DNA of 64,000 nt from Camelus dromedarius (GCF_036321535.1 NC_087437.1:54438001-54502000), one strand, 5' to 3'; positions 23,491 through 37,000 are shown, counted from the first letter of the stretch. Made by a program: numbers and translations. The notes: a model not told the origin generated them from the letters alone.

Positions 23491-26400
23491 AGGAGACAGT
23501 TCCTGCCTTAGAAAGCTTGATACAAGTGAATGATAGAAAGACTTCCTTTACTCAGTTACAGACAGACTGCTGTCACGGTGTACTTTGCTGCCTAATTGCT
23601 GAACAAGAGTGGGACTGGCTGCTACTTTAAAGTGTTACATTTCCAGTTGCTGGAAAGGATGCAACAAAGAGGGAACAACCATTTGTCAGGGATGCTCTGG
23701 AAGGGATTCTTGGATTCGATTGGAGAATGGACTAGAATCTAGTCAATGGGTTTAATGAAAATGATTTCCAAGTGTTAGAAACCTATAGTCCTCTCAAGCT
23801 ATGCCTCTCAGCTGGCTGTTCACTGAAGGTTCTCAGGCTGAAAGACTTGGGACCTGGGCTGAGCACTAGTGGGAAGAGCTGAGGTTAGCATCTTTCTCTG
23901 GTCTCCTTGAGTCCAGGTTGTTACTCTAAGTTAATTGCTTGATTGTTTGTGAGGGGTAGTGAATCTCGTTCTCAGTGATGAGTGGGTAGTCTCCTGAAGA
24001 GCCATTTTTGTCTAATTCAAGGAGTTTTCCAGTTGATTCTTTTCACATTCTCAAGTAATACATTTTGCTCAATAAAGAGCAAAATCTATTCTGTTCCTGG
24101 GGTTGGAATCTTGGATTGGATAATCCACCATGTAGCTTATTCACAGACACACAGTCTACAAGGTGAACTAGACTAGCCCAAGATGACCTATTAGCCTGAA
24201 AGGTCCAAAAGACGTATTTTTATATCCAACTCTAAAGAACTGAAGTCTATAACCAACGAGTCAAGTTGTGTGGTCATGCATAGGCCATCTTATTAGGTTC
24301 CCCAGCCATCTGTCAGCCCAAGTACCTCCTTTCAGAGCTGAGAAAGTAGAGGGCTGGCAGAACCACGCCTAACCCAACATCACACTCTGAGTTGGGGTCC
24401 ACGCTAGAAAGGCATCTCGTGCCGCCTAACACTATGCTCTTCCAGCTGCCTCCCACTACAATCCCTGTCACCTCCAGCCCCAACTGGCAGGCTGCTATCT
24501 TCTCAGCAAAGGCTGCGTGGGGCACTGCTCACACCCCCTCGGGGAGGCGTCTGTGACACTCGTGTGTTGAGGAAGCTCTCCCTCAGTCCCTGCTTATGCT
24601 AGAAACACCCTGGGAATAAATACAGGTCCCCACTCTCACACCTTCCACTCTTACCAAGTCTGCACATGAAAAAAAGAGTTTAAAAATAAAATTCACAGAG
24701 GTGGGGATTCTCTGCTATTGAAAGAAATTCCTTAACACACATTACTCAGGTAATAATTTCTTTGATTCCATGGAAATGATTAAGAGCTAGAAATAGGGCT
24801 TAAGAAAGCAAGTAGTCCAAATCCTTGACTTAAAATGTGAGCAAACTGGAGCTCAGAGCAGAGAAGGGCATTGGGTCAGCCCAAGACGCTTTCCACTGAG
24901 TTAGAACACTCTTTCCCCTTCCTCGGAGGCCTCCTGAGGTGGGAGGGCTTGCATGGATGACACAGATTTAGTGGCTACAGAACACTGATAAATCATTCTT
25001 TGGGACTCCTGGGAAGAGTGAACTGCTTTTACCCAAGCCTTCCTGTGGGGCTGCTGGGGTGAAAAGTGGCAGCTTTGAGCCAGCTGACCCCTTTTAGCAA
25101 CGGGACCTGAGACAGGTTAACCTCTCCAGAGCTTCAGTTTACCTGTCTGCCAAAGAAGGAGAATAAAACCAGCTATCTCTATGGTTGTCTGGAGGATTAA
25201 AGGAGATAACTTTTGCAAAGCCCCTAGTCCAGTGCCTGGCAAACCCTCAGGGATCAATACAAATTCCTTCCTTTCCTGCCCACTCCCACCTCACTTCTTC
25301 CCACCTTGGCATGAGTAAGAAAACAGAAATAGACAAAACCACAAGAGGGCTGTTCCTCTTGTAGAAACTTGTCTCCCAAATACTGAAGACATTTGGCCAA
25401 GGGTATTTGAGATCCCTCAAGACCCTACATCTTTGGCGCAGTAGTGTGCACATGTGAGTTTCAGTTGCCAGGCTAACTAGTTAGAACAAATGTTCTTTAT
25501 GTTCTAAAAGAGTCCTGAATAAAGGGTTCCTGAGTGTTTGGAGAAGAGACACAACAGGCCTTTTTTGGGGGGACAAGATTTTTCAGAGTCAATAAAAACA
25601 GTAATCCTCACTTAAGACCAAGAGCCTTAGTTTTTATAAACTTCCTTATAGGAATCTGAGATGTCAGATTACCCAGTCTCCTGACTAGTCCTGGAGTTCC
25701 ATCTGCATGATTCTGCATACCTTAGGGACAGAAGGTGCCAATTTTATGACAGCAATTAGGTTAAAAAAAAAAAGCATTTAAAAAATATAAACTATAATCT
25801 ACCTCCTATCACATCCAACTTTCGATTCTAACTTCTATACCTCTGGGGTCACAAAGGCAAGTTCATTCCTTTTCTGTGAGTTGCTAAAGAAAGAAAACCA
25901 TTGCTTTTCTAATATTTGGGTGCAAGGGTTTCTACAAGAATGTTAAAACATAAGCTATTTCACTTGCTAAAAATTAATCATGAATCTTGGTTTATGATGA
26001 CCATAAATGGGCAATTATATTCACATGGTGTATAGTTTTTCTGTGGTTGAGCTTTAACTCAACAGAGTTACCAGTTCCCAAACATCACTGGCAAGGGTGA
26101 AAGATGTGGGTTTAGAGTCAGTAAACTCATGTTAGAGGCTGGCCCCGTCTGACTGGTCTCAAGCAAGTATCTGAGCCCGGGTCCCTCACCTGTGGAAAAT
26201 GGAGATAACAGTGAAGCTGTAGGGTCTGTGGTAAAAAAAGTCTGAAAGTCTGAGTTCATATATAAAAAGTCTGGAAGGGGTGAGGACATTCACTTTAGTT
26301 TTAATCTGTGAATGAGCTGTTTGAGCTATGTAAGTGTCATTGCACACATCTGTAGTCACTAAACGCTTCCTTCAAATGAAATCTTAATTGGATCTTCAGC

Positions 26401-26865
26401 ATTTAAAATTGTTAAACAGGAAGTTTGGAGTTACAGCTCCCAGATTATTTCTAACTTGGTGATGCCAAGTTTGAAAACCTCTGAATTTAAGACTCTAATC
26501 AGCTGTGAAAAAAATTCTATTCCAAACCACAAGAGATATTATAGTTAAAAAGTATTTGGTAAACTATGAACTGGACTCAAAATATACAAATTATTCTGAA
26601 TTATTTTGAGCCAAAGCCAAGCCTTTGTAAATTCTGAGTATGTAGTTACTGCATCCTCACGAAAAGTCAGTGCCTCTGTAGTGAAAAATCTGTCCCTCGA
26701 GACCACCCATTACATATTTTTTCTCTGTGGTAATCTTGTGCCTACATCCTTATAATGGCCACTTTTATCTCAGACCCATTTAAAAAGGCTCAGGAGGCTT
26801 ATCAATAGTCCAAATATCTTCTCTGGACTTAAGGGCAGATTTTTTCCCCAATGATGTGCACTGTG

Positions 26866-27367
26866 TGTGTCAGTCAGTCTTTGCTGTGTAACAAACCAGT
26901 CCAAAAATTAAATGATTTAAAATAATCATTCATTAGCTCACAATTCTCATGGTCAGTAATTTGGGCTGGGCTCAGCTGGCTATCATTCTAATGACCTTGC
27001 TTGGGTACAGTCCTGCAGCTACAGTCAACTGACAGGTTGACTTGAAGCTGATTGCTGCCAGCTTCTGGCTAGGCTGTGTGCCTCCAGCATCTAGCAGGCT
27101 AGCTCAGGCTTTTTCACCTGCAGCTGAGTTGTACACACAGGAAGAGAGGGTAAGAGCAGAAGCTGCAAGTCTTCTCAAGGCCTAGGCTCAGAAGTTGCAA
27201 AATATTACTTCCTCTGTATTCTTCTATTGGTCAAAGTCACAAGGCCAGCCTGGATTCAAAGGATGGGTAAGTAAACTCCACCTCTTTATGCGAGGGATAG
27301 CAGAGTCACATTGCAAAGAGATTATTGTGGCCATCTTAGTAAACATATTAGTGCCCTGACCAATACA
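26866..27367 (-). mobile_element. MaLR LTR (MLT1F/G/H-like)
   Basis: ttgctgtgtaacaaacca...agctcacaattct...tttgggctgggctcagctgg...attggtcaaagtcacaaggccagcctggattcaaagg...gtcacattgcaaag. Confidence 0.8.
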
Positions 27368-28009
27368 GTTATTGCTTGAAGATACTACCCTTGGTTTCCT
27401 TACTCCCTGATATTTAAACAAAGTATAGCATATGAAAAATGCAGTTAGGGAACCAAAACATATACAAGTTGTAGAGAAAGTGAAAATAAATCAGAGTCCT
27501 TCACTCATCTGTGCTACTATAAAGCCTAATCTCCTGCCTGCAGCGTCCTCAGATCTGGCCTGTGCACCCTCTGACCTCACTCACCTGAGGCTGCTGTTAG
27601 GATTCCAGTTTGACACACGTCCCCGGGAAACGACCCGTGAAAGTTCCCCTGCTGGGGGACTCTCAACCCATGGCGTGGTTTGGCCAATGAAATGGCCTGT
27701 GCTTGCTGCTTGCTGACAAAAATTACATGCCTATAAATGAACTCTGCCACAGAGAGAAGAAAGCGGTCAATTGTCAAAGCATAACAATAAAACAATGCAT
27801 GTACTAGTATATATGCTTTGTAAGGATCACAGGGGGGTCTCGTTTATTAAGCTAAATCCATTAGTTCCCCTAGGTCCCCTCATAAATAAGTGATACAAGT
27901 CTATGCACGTGGTTGTGCTTCACATCAATAAAATTATATGTTTGTGGTTTTTTATATTTAATCAGAAAGCAGCTCCCGGGCACAGGCTACCACTGGGGAC
28001 AGTAACAGC

Positions 28010-28235
28010 TGACACACATAGCACCTACTACGTGCCAGGCACTCCTAGTACTTATACATGTTGACTCATTTAAACTCACAACGAGCCCATAAGGCAGGTA
28101 CTGTTATATTACATCCTTATTTACATGTTAAGTCCACGGTCATTAAGTGTCTTGCTTGTAAGTGGCAGAGCTGGGATGTGAACCTGGGCAGTCCAGCATG
28201 CCAGTGCCTGGGCTCTTAACCACTGTGTCTACTGT
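28010..28235 (-). mobile_element. MIR SINE, well preserved
   Basis: atagcacctactacgtgccaggcact...actcatttaaactcacaacgagcccataaggcaggtact...gtaagtggcagagctgggatgtgaacctgggcagtc. Confidence 0.85.
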
Positions 28236-29087
28236 CTCTCAAGGGACATGAGACTTATGCATGTGGTCTCTGCCCTTTATGCAGATGTCCCTGGCTCCAC
28301 ATATGAAGCGCGAGGCTTTTTATAATTACAGGTGCTCCTTAGACTGGGCTTTAGTGGGTCTAGAGTAGGTATTCATAGAGTAGTATAGGGCATAAAATAG
28401 GAACAGGAAGGAAAAATGTGATAAATGTTTTAAAATATAATAAAAATGAAAATATAATAGATGAGGTATAGGAAAAGTGCTAGGGGTATTCAGAAAAGGG
28501 AAGATATTTCTGGCTGGAGAGGTGGAGATGTAGAAAGACTTTACAGAAAAAGAAAACTCTGATTTGAACTTGGGCAGTTGAGATGATATATGGATATACT
28601 GAATGATCACCTAGGGTTGAATGATCAAAATAGAATGTCTCCATCTCTGTCTGTGCAGAGAGCTGACTCCTGGATTCTGTTCTATGTTGGCCATGACAAA
28701 GCATCAGAAGCAATCCTCTCTTGCTATTTCTAAACTGCAACACATTTGAAAGTCAACTCAACAATCACTGATAATAAATTCTGGGTGATAATCTGGTACC
28801 TATGTATGTGGAAACCACCCATAAATTGCAAAATTGGAAATAAATGTTATTTATTTGTGTTATGGTAGATTATGGTTAAGTATCATCCACAGCTTACAAG
28901 GTATAACTATGTACCTAACAGATTATCAATAAAATGTCCATGGAATGAATTAAAAGTTGGTCACTTAATTGGATCTAGAGATACGCATGGTGAAACAAGT
29001 GGTACCTGCCTGACTCAGAACTAGTGTGCAAGAAAACTTAGTTGTTGACAGCTTGTCATGACGATAGGCTCTTTCAGAGGCTGGGAT

Positions 29088-29098
29088 TGCTGAGTCAT
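29088..29098 (-). promoter_or_regulatory. NF-E2/NRF2/BACH-sMAF consensus site (ARE)
   Basis: TGCTGAGTCAT on plus (ATGACTCAGCA on minus); a second AP-1 core TGACTCA at 29011-29017. Motif match only. Confidence 0.45.
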
Positions 29099-30100
29099 GG
29101 GGACTCACGCACAAGCGGGCAGGAGGAGGTTAACTGAGGACAGCTATAGTTGCAGAAGGCGTGCCTCCACTTGAGAAGGTAAACAGAGAGGAAGCCTTTG
29201 GCTTTACGTTGTTCTAGAAAGAAAAAAATAATACTGTAGCAGAGACAGGATGATGTGAGAACCAAGAAAGAATCAGATTGCACATGCTTGTAAATACTAA
29301 GCATTATTAACAGTTACAGCACTTTGACATTATAATATTTGGAACACAACAACTGAAGTCCCTAAAAGCCAAACTGGGCTTTACCATCGTTTTTAGGATT
29401 ATAGAAGGTTAGATTTGAAAGGGGCCTTAGAGAGTTCTTAATCCAAACTCATTTCTTCTAATTTTAGAGCAAACAGTTCCTCTGGAGCCCAGGGAGCAAG
29501 TTGCCCAAGGCAGGATAGTAAGTTGTTCTAAATAAAGAAAGATACAACATGTTCTTTTGGTGTTTTTCAAAAAGAAACACTTAAGTATTTTCTTGGGTTT
29601 TCTATTTGCCGAGACTAAATAGCTATTGATACTTAAACCACTCAGTTGCTATACCAAACGCACGCAAAGCAATGTTAACACAGCTGGTAAAAAGAGAAGA
29701 AATGGCATGATGTTTCCACCATCTTCTGGACCTGCCTCAAATCCTAGGACAAATGATGAATCTGTCACTTAACGATCACCTAATGATGCTTACTACAATT
29801 GAGGTATTTTCAAAACTCCAAAAGGCCTTGAAGAGCTCACAGTACAGCAAGGGCATTAGAATTTTACAACTATTATTACTACTAATAATAACATAATATG
29901 ATATATAAAGTATTAAAGACCTGAAGAGACTTAGGGACTTGAAGGAGGGTTAGAATACCAGTGGTTTTAAGTATCAGGGAGGTCTTCATAGAGAAGGTGT
30001 CACCTGAACCAGCTTTGAAGGACTCTAGGATTTGTCCCCACAGACAGTTTTGGTAGGCTGCCAGAGGAGGATTTCCCGGTTAGCAAAGAAACTGAGGTGA

Positions 30101-30576
30101 TGTTACTGAAGGTAAGTCTGTGTGTCAGAAGCACCATGAGGCTGAACAAACCGAAATGTCGGAGTTTGGAGCAGAGAAAGGATTACTGCAGGGCTGAGCA
30201 AGGAGGATGGGGTGGCTCATGCCCAGGAAAACCCCGACCTCCCGGGGGGGGGGGGTTCAGCAAAGCATATTTAAAGGCCAGGGGAGGGAGGGGGTTGCAG
30301 GGTACGGATCCGCTGGTGCACAGTTCTCTGATTGGTTGATGTTGAGGTAACAGGGCTGTCAACACTATCAACCCCCAGGCGCCAGAAGGTCTGAGGGCCA
30401 CATGCTCTCTGATCATCAAGTAGTTAATTTCTTCCCTTTGGTGGGTTTTAGCATCTGAAAAACTCAGGAAATATACTTGAGGTACTATTATCTGGGTACT
30501 TCAGAGAGGAGCTGCAGCAAAGGATATGGGGGAGGGGTCTGACCCTGGAAGGTCCCACAAGTCCTGCTTGGTTACA
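30101..30576 (-). mobile_element. Solo LTR, ERV1-type, 476 bp
   Basis: Termini TGTTAC...GTTACA and exact 4-bp TSD GTGA (30097-30100, 30577-30580). Minus strand has a CCAAT box (plus tgattggtt, about 30329) followed by TATA-like TTTAAATA (about 30268). Confidence 0.88.
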
Positions 30577-31262
30577 GTGACAAAATATGAAGCAGGTTTG
30601 CTAGAACAGAAAGCAGGAAAGGGAACAGTGAGAGAAAACGCTGGAAAGGAAGGCTTAGGGACAGTATTACATATATGTTATGATTTGCTTCCTGGCTTAG
30701 GTATTCTCATGATGCCAGAAAACATTTATTTTTAAAATCTGTAATAATCAGCTCATTCAAAAAATCTTGAAAAAGACAAAGATGTTTTTAAAAAAAATTT
30801 TTATTATTTAAAAACTGGCTCTATTTCCTTCCAATTTTTTTTTGACAGAGCTACTTTGATTTTTTTTTAACATTGTTTTAATCATAATTGTTTTTCTCAA
30901 TAATAAGCCTTACTTGAATGATGGACCTTGCGAGAGAAATTTCTTGTGTCTAATGAGAACATTGGTCTCAAAAGAGATAAAAAAAAAAAAAGTCACAATG
31001 AAAGGGATACAAGGGAAACTTTGATCCAGACACAGCAGTGAGAGGGCACCAACCTTCCAACCAAACTTCCATGCCATTTCAGATGCTTCGTCCCATCTGT
31101 TCAGTCCCAGGTGTTCTTGACTGTGCTTCTCAGGAACCTCCTGATGAGGCAAGGTCTCTGCTGAACGATTCAGAGCCGTCTGCCGATCATTTAAACCATC
31201 CCTTCTCCATACCTGGGTTCTTAACTTTGGTTCCGTTCTTGGTCTATAGCGTATGTCTTAAA

Positions 31263-31400
31263 CCAGTGTTTCTCAGCATGCATAGGAATTACCTGGGGAT
31301 CTGGCTAAAATGCAGATTCTAATTCAGTAGGTCTGGGGTGGGCTGGAGATTCTGCATCCTAACAAGCTCCTAGATAATGCCGATGCTGCAGCGAGATCTT
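31263..31400. mobile_element. MER5A-like element
   Basis: cagtgtttctca...ttacctggggatctggctaaaatgcagattctaattcagtaggtctggggtggg...gagattctgcat...aacaagctcc. Confidence 0.8.
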
Positions 31401-32329
31401 GGAGTATTTTCTTTCTCATACCTAAGACGTCTTTCTGTTCACACAAGTAAAATACATTCACCTGGTCAAAACCCTTCTCCCACAAATCTATATAAATCTC
31501 ATTTTATTTATGTTTAACATTTTATTATGGCCAAAAAAGCTGAGGCTAACGCGGTTTTTATTCCTTGCTGGGTACTCTTTTTGCCACCCAGATGTTGACG
31601 GGATTCCTTGTTGTTTTGCTTTACTTCCGTGTTACAAACATTTCGCCCTGATATGTCTGCATTATTTTTTTGCTTTTGCCTTGAATACAGTGTGGACCTG
31701 TAACTTACATACTCAGGTAACCTCTGCAGCTCAGGAAAGTTTCCTCTACTTATGCCCTAGTCAGTGCTTCTGACCAAGGATTGTTTCTGATCAAGGTCTT
31801 GCTTTCTTCCTAAGGCATTACTTTCAGTAATTCTCAGGTCGGATCTCTGGCCCCTGATTTACATAGATCATTTTCCCTTTTATTTTAATCTCTTTAGGCT
31901 TTTCTCCATAATCTAGGAGAGATTCTCAAGTTTATCCTCTATCTCACTGACTAAGTTTTCCTGGGTCATTTCTGCCCCCAAATGGATGTTAATTCTGCTA
32001 TTGTACTTTGAAAATTTCCTAAAATATTTTCCCATTTTCCCCATTTCCCAGTTATTCAGTTATTCTGTTGTCTTTTCATACTGGAATCTCTATTATTTAT
32101 GCCCTTATTTCAAAAGGGACTGCCTTAAGATTTTAGAGAATGCCAGAAACTTCTTTCCCATTTTCTTCTGGATAAAGTCAGGGGCCAGGACAGATCACGG
32201 GCTTCTCTGCTGCGCCCTAACGCCTCTCCCTATTCCTTTCTGTGAATTGTGTTCCCTCTCTACGTTGGTTCAGATTTTGCTAGATTTATTGCCTCTTCCC
32301 TCCTAAGCTCTTTTCTTATTCTGCCCCAC

Positions 32330-32609
32330 TCTACGCTCAGTCCATAATGAACTACTTTTAATTCCCTGATCCTACCGTGATCTCACAGTTCTCAGTCTTT
32401 GCTCGTGCTCTGTCTCTTGCCTGGGGCACGACTCCTTGTCCTGTACTTCTTCACCTAACTAGTGCCTGCTCTTCTTTTGGGTCTCATCTTACCAGTTGTT
32501 TCTTTCAACAAATCTCTGCCTTCCTCCTCCCCAGGACCTAGGTGCCTCTTCTATGGGCTCCTATGCCCCTGACTCATCCTTATCTTAACACAAATCATCC
32601 TCTGTAGTA

Positions 32610-32644
<35 letters not shown>

Positions 32645-32765
32645 TTATACCCCCAACTAGCCTCTAGCAAACCCTTTAGCTATGTCTTATTCCCTGTTGT
32701 ATCCCTAATGTTTAGTCAAGTGCCTGCCTTGTAGTAGGTATTTGAAACTATTTGTGAAAAAATAC
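32330..32765 (+). mobile_element. L2 3' portion with embedded (TG)14 at 32612-32639
   Basis: tttgctcgtgct...cttgcctgggg...tgtcttattccctgttgtatcccta...gtgcctgccttgtagtaggt. Confidence 0.7.
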
Positions 32766-32825
32766 AAGAATAATTAGAAGTTCCTCCCCAATGCAGAACA
32801 TGCATAGCAGTTTAAAATACAATGA

Positions 32826-33038
32826 AGGAAAAAAAAAAAAAAAAAGCCTGCTCTCTCTTCTGAGTGAGATGGTCCACACTCTGTCTATAGAGTCTGTATC
32901 TACTTTTGCTTTAAACTGAGCACCCAAACCCCACACCTCGTGGCCTTGCTCTGGCCTTCTGACACAGCCTGCACTCTGTCTATGGAGTATGTATCTCTCC
33001 GAAAAAATCTACCTTTACTCAAAACAAAACAAAACAAA
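32826..33038 (+). mobile_element. Poly(A)-tailed LTR-like fragment (probable L1-mediated retrocopy)
   Basis: TT|AAAA site at 32812-32817, degenerate TSD (acaatga at 32819-32825 and 33039-33045), (AAAAC)n tail, and a body resembling an ERV1 LTR R region. Confidence 0.55.
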
Positions 33039-33184
33039 ACAATGACTTTCTTCTTTGTGTAAAGGAGTTATATATGGCTTATTAGACTCTGTTCTTTTAG
33101 AGTAGAATCCATGACTCATTCCAGTAAAGGTCATGTGCAGGGGCTTCCACGTTAATATGTACCCAAGAAGTCCTGTGCTTTACA

Positions 33185-33316
33185 ATAACCAAAAAAATCA
33201 ACTGTCCAAACTGGGCCACTTTTGAGAGTGAAAAGCAGTGGTATTAATTATTTCCCTGAGACAATAGCATGAAGTTGGGATTGTCCAGGGCTGGTGGGAC
33301 ATATGATTATCTTACT
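33185..33316. mobile_element. MER94-like hAT-Blackjack element
   Basis: gtccaaactgggccacttttgagagtgaaa...tattaattat...gggattgtccagggc...gggacatatgattatct matches the recalled MER94 consensus. Confidence 0.7.
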
Positions 33317-36300
33317 CAGCTAGCAACACCCATTTGCCACATCATTAATAGTTGTTTTGTAGACTTTGATTTAAGATAAAAGGTGCTGGGTCAGGGAGAG
33401 CCTCTGCCCTCATACTCAGGCTCTAGAAGGACAGACTCAGTATAAAAGCTCATCCTCTAATAATCAAACTGTCAGCAGTGAGTTAGTAACAGGGTCAGAT
33501 AAACTGCCCAGGATTCTTGAGTCTCTTTTTTCTCTACCTCAGTGAATGCTATTTCCCTTTTGATTAAGGGGAGGAGTATGCAATAGGAGACATTGCAATT
33601 TAGATAATTTTTGAACTGTAATAATTAGTCATTAGAAAATAGAAGGAAACAAAATCAAATCTGTTTCTTTTACCACTGCCATGGTGATCAAGTATAATCC
33701 TCTAATTTTAATCAGAGGTAGGAATAAAATGTCAAAGCCATGTGCTTTAAAGAGTTTAATTGGAGACTCACCCATCATCCCAATGCAGCAACTGCTTTTT
33801 TTTTCTTTAAAGAAAAGCACTTGGAGTATTTAGACATCAGTTCAGTAATCCTCCATTTAAGAGCTTGATGCTCTAGAAAGTCTTCCTATCTACCATCTAT
33901 TTGGAGAAACCAAGGCTCAATATATATTGCATTTGGGTCATTTTGTGGTTTAGTAGATCTATTATTATCAGTAGGCTGACAAACCCAGGATCAAATAGAC
34001 CGTGAGAGAATACTGGAGGCTAACGTTGAGAACAGTGTTGAAAAAGTTCAGTGGTAGGAAAAGCATTGCTAGGAATCATGGAAACAAACAACAATAGTTT
34101 CATTTATTTGTATAGCGTTTATAGTTGGCAGTGTGCTTTTACATTTTTTATTATTAGCAGACTTGGAGCTAGAACCCAAGTCTCTTGACTCCTAGCTCAA
34201 GCATCCTCCCCGGGCTCAGTTATATGGTTGAGTGCTTCATTGGTGCACAGCATGGGGGCCTAAAAAAATGTGACCTGGCTTACTTGGAATTTGCACATGC
34301 CACCAAAAGCCATTTGCACTGCTTAGATTTCTGCTCAGGAAATCCTGAAGGGTTTCGGCTCTTTCCCTGTTTATTATTCCACGTGTCGTCAGCAAAAAGA
34401 AAGCTTAGCATAAACTAGCCTGCTGAAAGGATGCTAGATCTTATAGTCAGAGCCTTCTCAGTACCTTCAGGTATCTGAGCCTCAAGTCACACAGATGCAG
34501 CCACCTGGGTGATCTGGAACTAGGGAGGACCAGGATCTAAAGGTGAGATATTAAGGTAGTATGGTGTTCCATGAGTCAACCTGACAAATGAAATAATACC
34601 ATGTATCTGACTGGGAAGTTGTGAGGTTCAAATGGATGTTGAAAACACCAGGCCTTTGGTTTTAAAAAAAAAAAATCATTTTAGGGATGCAAAATGAGTT
34701 GCTGACCTACTGTTCTCTATGGATATCTTTTTATTTTTATTTTTATTTTTATTTTGGTAGAATTGCACTAATATAATAAACTCAAAGTGCCTTTGAGTTT
34801 TTCTGGTAACCATACAATGGAGCTCCACCTAATGTTAGTGTTAGTGATGAAAATGAAAGCGTAAAGTGAAAATTTTTGCTTGAAATTATCCGTGAAAAAT
34901 TCTTAGGAAGATGCCATGTTGGAGCCCAACCCAGCCTGTTTTTCCTTCAGCTTTGGGACTGAAAAATGCTCTTGTTTATTGGTTGAGCCCCAGAAGCAGC
35001 AGCTGGCTTTTAACTGGGGACCACGCATAATAAAAATGGGTATCTTTAAACAAAATCATAGAGGTGAGAGAGCTGATAACACAGGCAGGCAGAGACTGGG
35101 AGACCCCATGTGAGACAGCAGGTTCACATCTCGCATCTCCTGCTCACAAGAACCCAGGTGCAGAGGACCACTAGTAGCATTTATGTTGTTACCTTCATCC
35201 TCTCTGCTCTCAGACTAAATCTGTGAATGCTAAATGCATCAATGATGGGACTACTCTGTAATGTAATGAACCTGATCTCATGGAAGGGGACAAATGGAAG
35301 GGAACTTTTTAGGGCAGAACTGGCCAGACTTGACAACTCATTGAAGAGACATACTGGGGGGAGAGAGAGGTCAAAGATGACCCTGTGAGATCTCAGCCAA
35401 GCGATCTCACCAACCCTTTCCCTTGGAATTACTATGATGTATTATCTTTGTGTTAGCATGGAGAACAAGCACTATGTCTCTTTTTCTTAACACTAATCCA
35501 AGGCCTAGAATAGTTAGCAAGTGTATAGTACATACTTATTAGCATAAAAAAGTGATATAAACTGTGTCCGTTTGTGTTTGAGTCTCTGTGAAACTTTTCA
35601 TTGGTAGTGGACCCAAGACAGATTAGAGCTCCATCCATCAACATCTGTACTCCTGCAGACCAGCTCCTTGTCAGACCCAGCTGCCTGACCTCTGACGTTT
35701 CCTTGGCTTCCAGGCGTGGTGGCAGCTCTATGTTCTGTGCTTGCCAGCAGACTGGACAAGGCGCTGAGTTGGGATGGGCCAGGATGCATTCGGATACTCC
35801 AACCCTGCACTCTGGTAAAATGCAAACAATGATTACAGCATTCTGGCTGAAAACTGGGCTGCAAAGTGGGTAAAACTGTGCAAAAATTCATGGGCAGGTA
35901 CAAACCATCAGTAGTCCAGGTTGGCTTGATTCCTCTCAATCAATACAGAAAGCTCGTGACACCATTTTCCCCTCAAGTAAAGACCTAGTATTCACAACAG
36001 GGAGAAAATACTCATCTAGGAAGTCTGAATATGTATTCTTTTTTACATGAAGATCATTTTATTTTCCCATTGTACAATGAGGTGTGAAGAACAGAGAGTA
36101 AACAAACCTTTTGTCAACTGCTTCATTATCTTCAATGCTGCAGTTACTAAAAGCCTACGACTCTTTTAACCACATCAAGTTTTCATCCCTCTACAAAAGG
36201 CTGATGCTCACCTGACCCAGCCAGAGGTCTTGCTTGTGTCCCAAGCAGGTACAACAGGCTTGAGAGAAAAAACTAAGCTCAGCTATAGAGCAACTTACAG

Positions 36301-36619
36301 CAAATATTGGAACTGTCACTTGTGCTTAACTTTTCCTAGAAAATGATAACCTCGGGTATTTTTAAAAAGCATTAATTTGATATAAAGATGCAAAGTAACC
36401 GTTGCTTTCTGTGTCTCCTATAGCAGAACTATATCCTTAGATTTTATAAAACTGACATATGCTAAATGCGAGAAGGCCTAGAACTGTGCATTCAGGGCAA
36501 CTTGTAACAAATGACAAATATTAATTCTCTCCTAACTGCCCAGAGTCATGGTCTAAAGTAACATGACCAATCTTGCAGAGAGAGGGCATTAACTGTGTTG
36601 CTTTTCTAGCCAAGATGAA

Positions 36620-37000
36620 GGACTCACTCACTCACTCCCTCACTGGATAGCATTTGGTTGTAAGTCCCAGGTGTTGCCGTGGCTGCCGGGGAGGAGAAAT
36701 AAAGACCATGTGGAGCCCACCGTGAAGGGCCGTACGTTTGAGAGGAGCGGATCTCTGAAACACACTTCTGAAAAATTACAATGCAAGGAGACAATCAAGT
36801 GCATGCCTTTTTCAGAAGCTAGAGGAATTGTTTTCATAACAATGGAGGAGACTGGGAGGGAATGAGCCACAGGGAGGTGATTCCTGGAAGCGATATTGGC
36901 GGCACAAGTCAACTCTGCATTGGTGGAGGTGAGCCTGGGAAAGTATTTCAAGAAGAGGAAACTAAATTAGAAAAAGCCCAAAGGCAGGAAGTGAAGGAAG

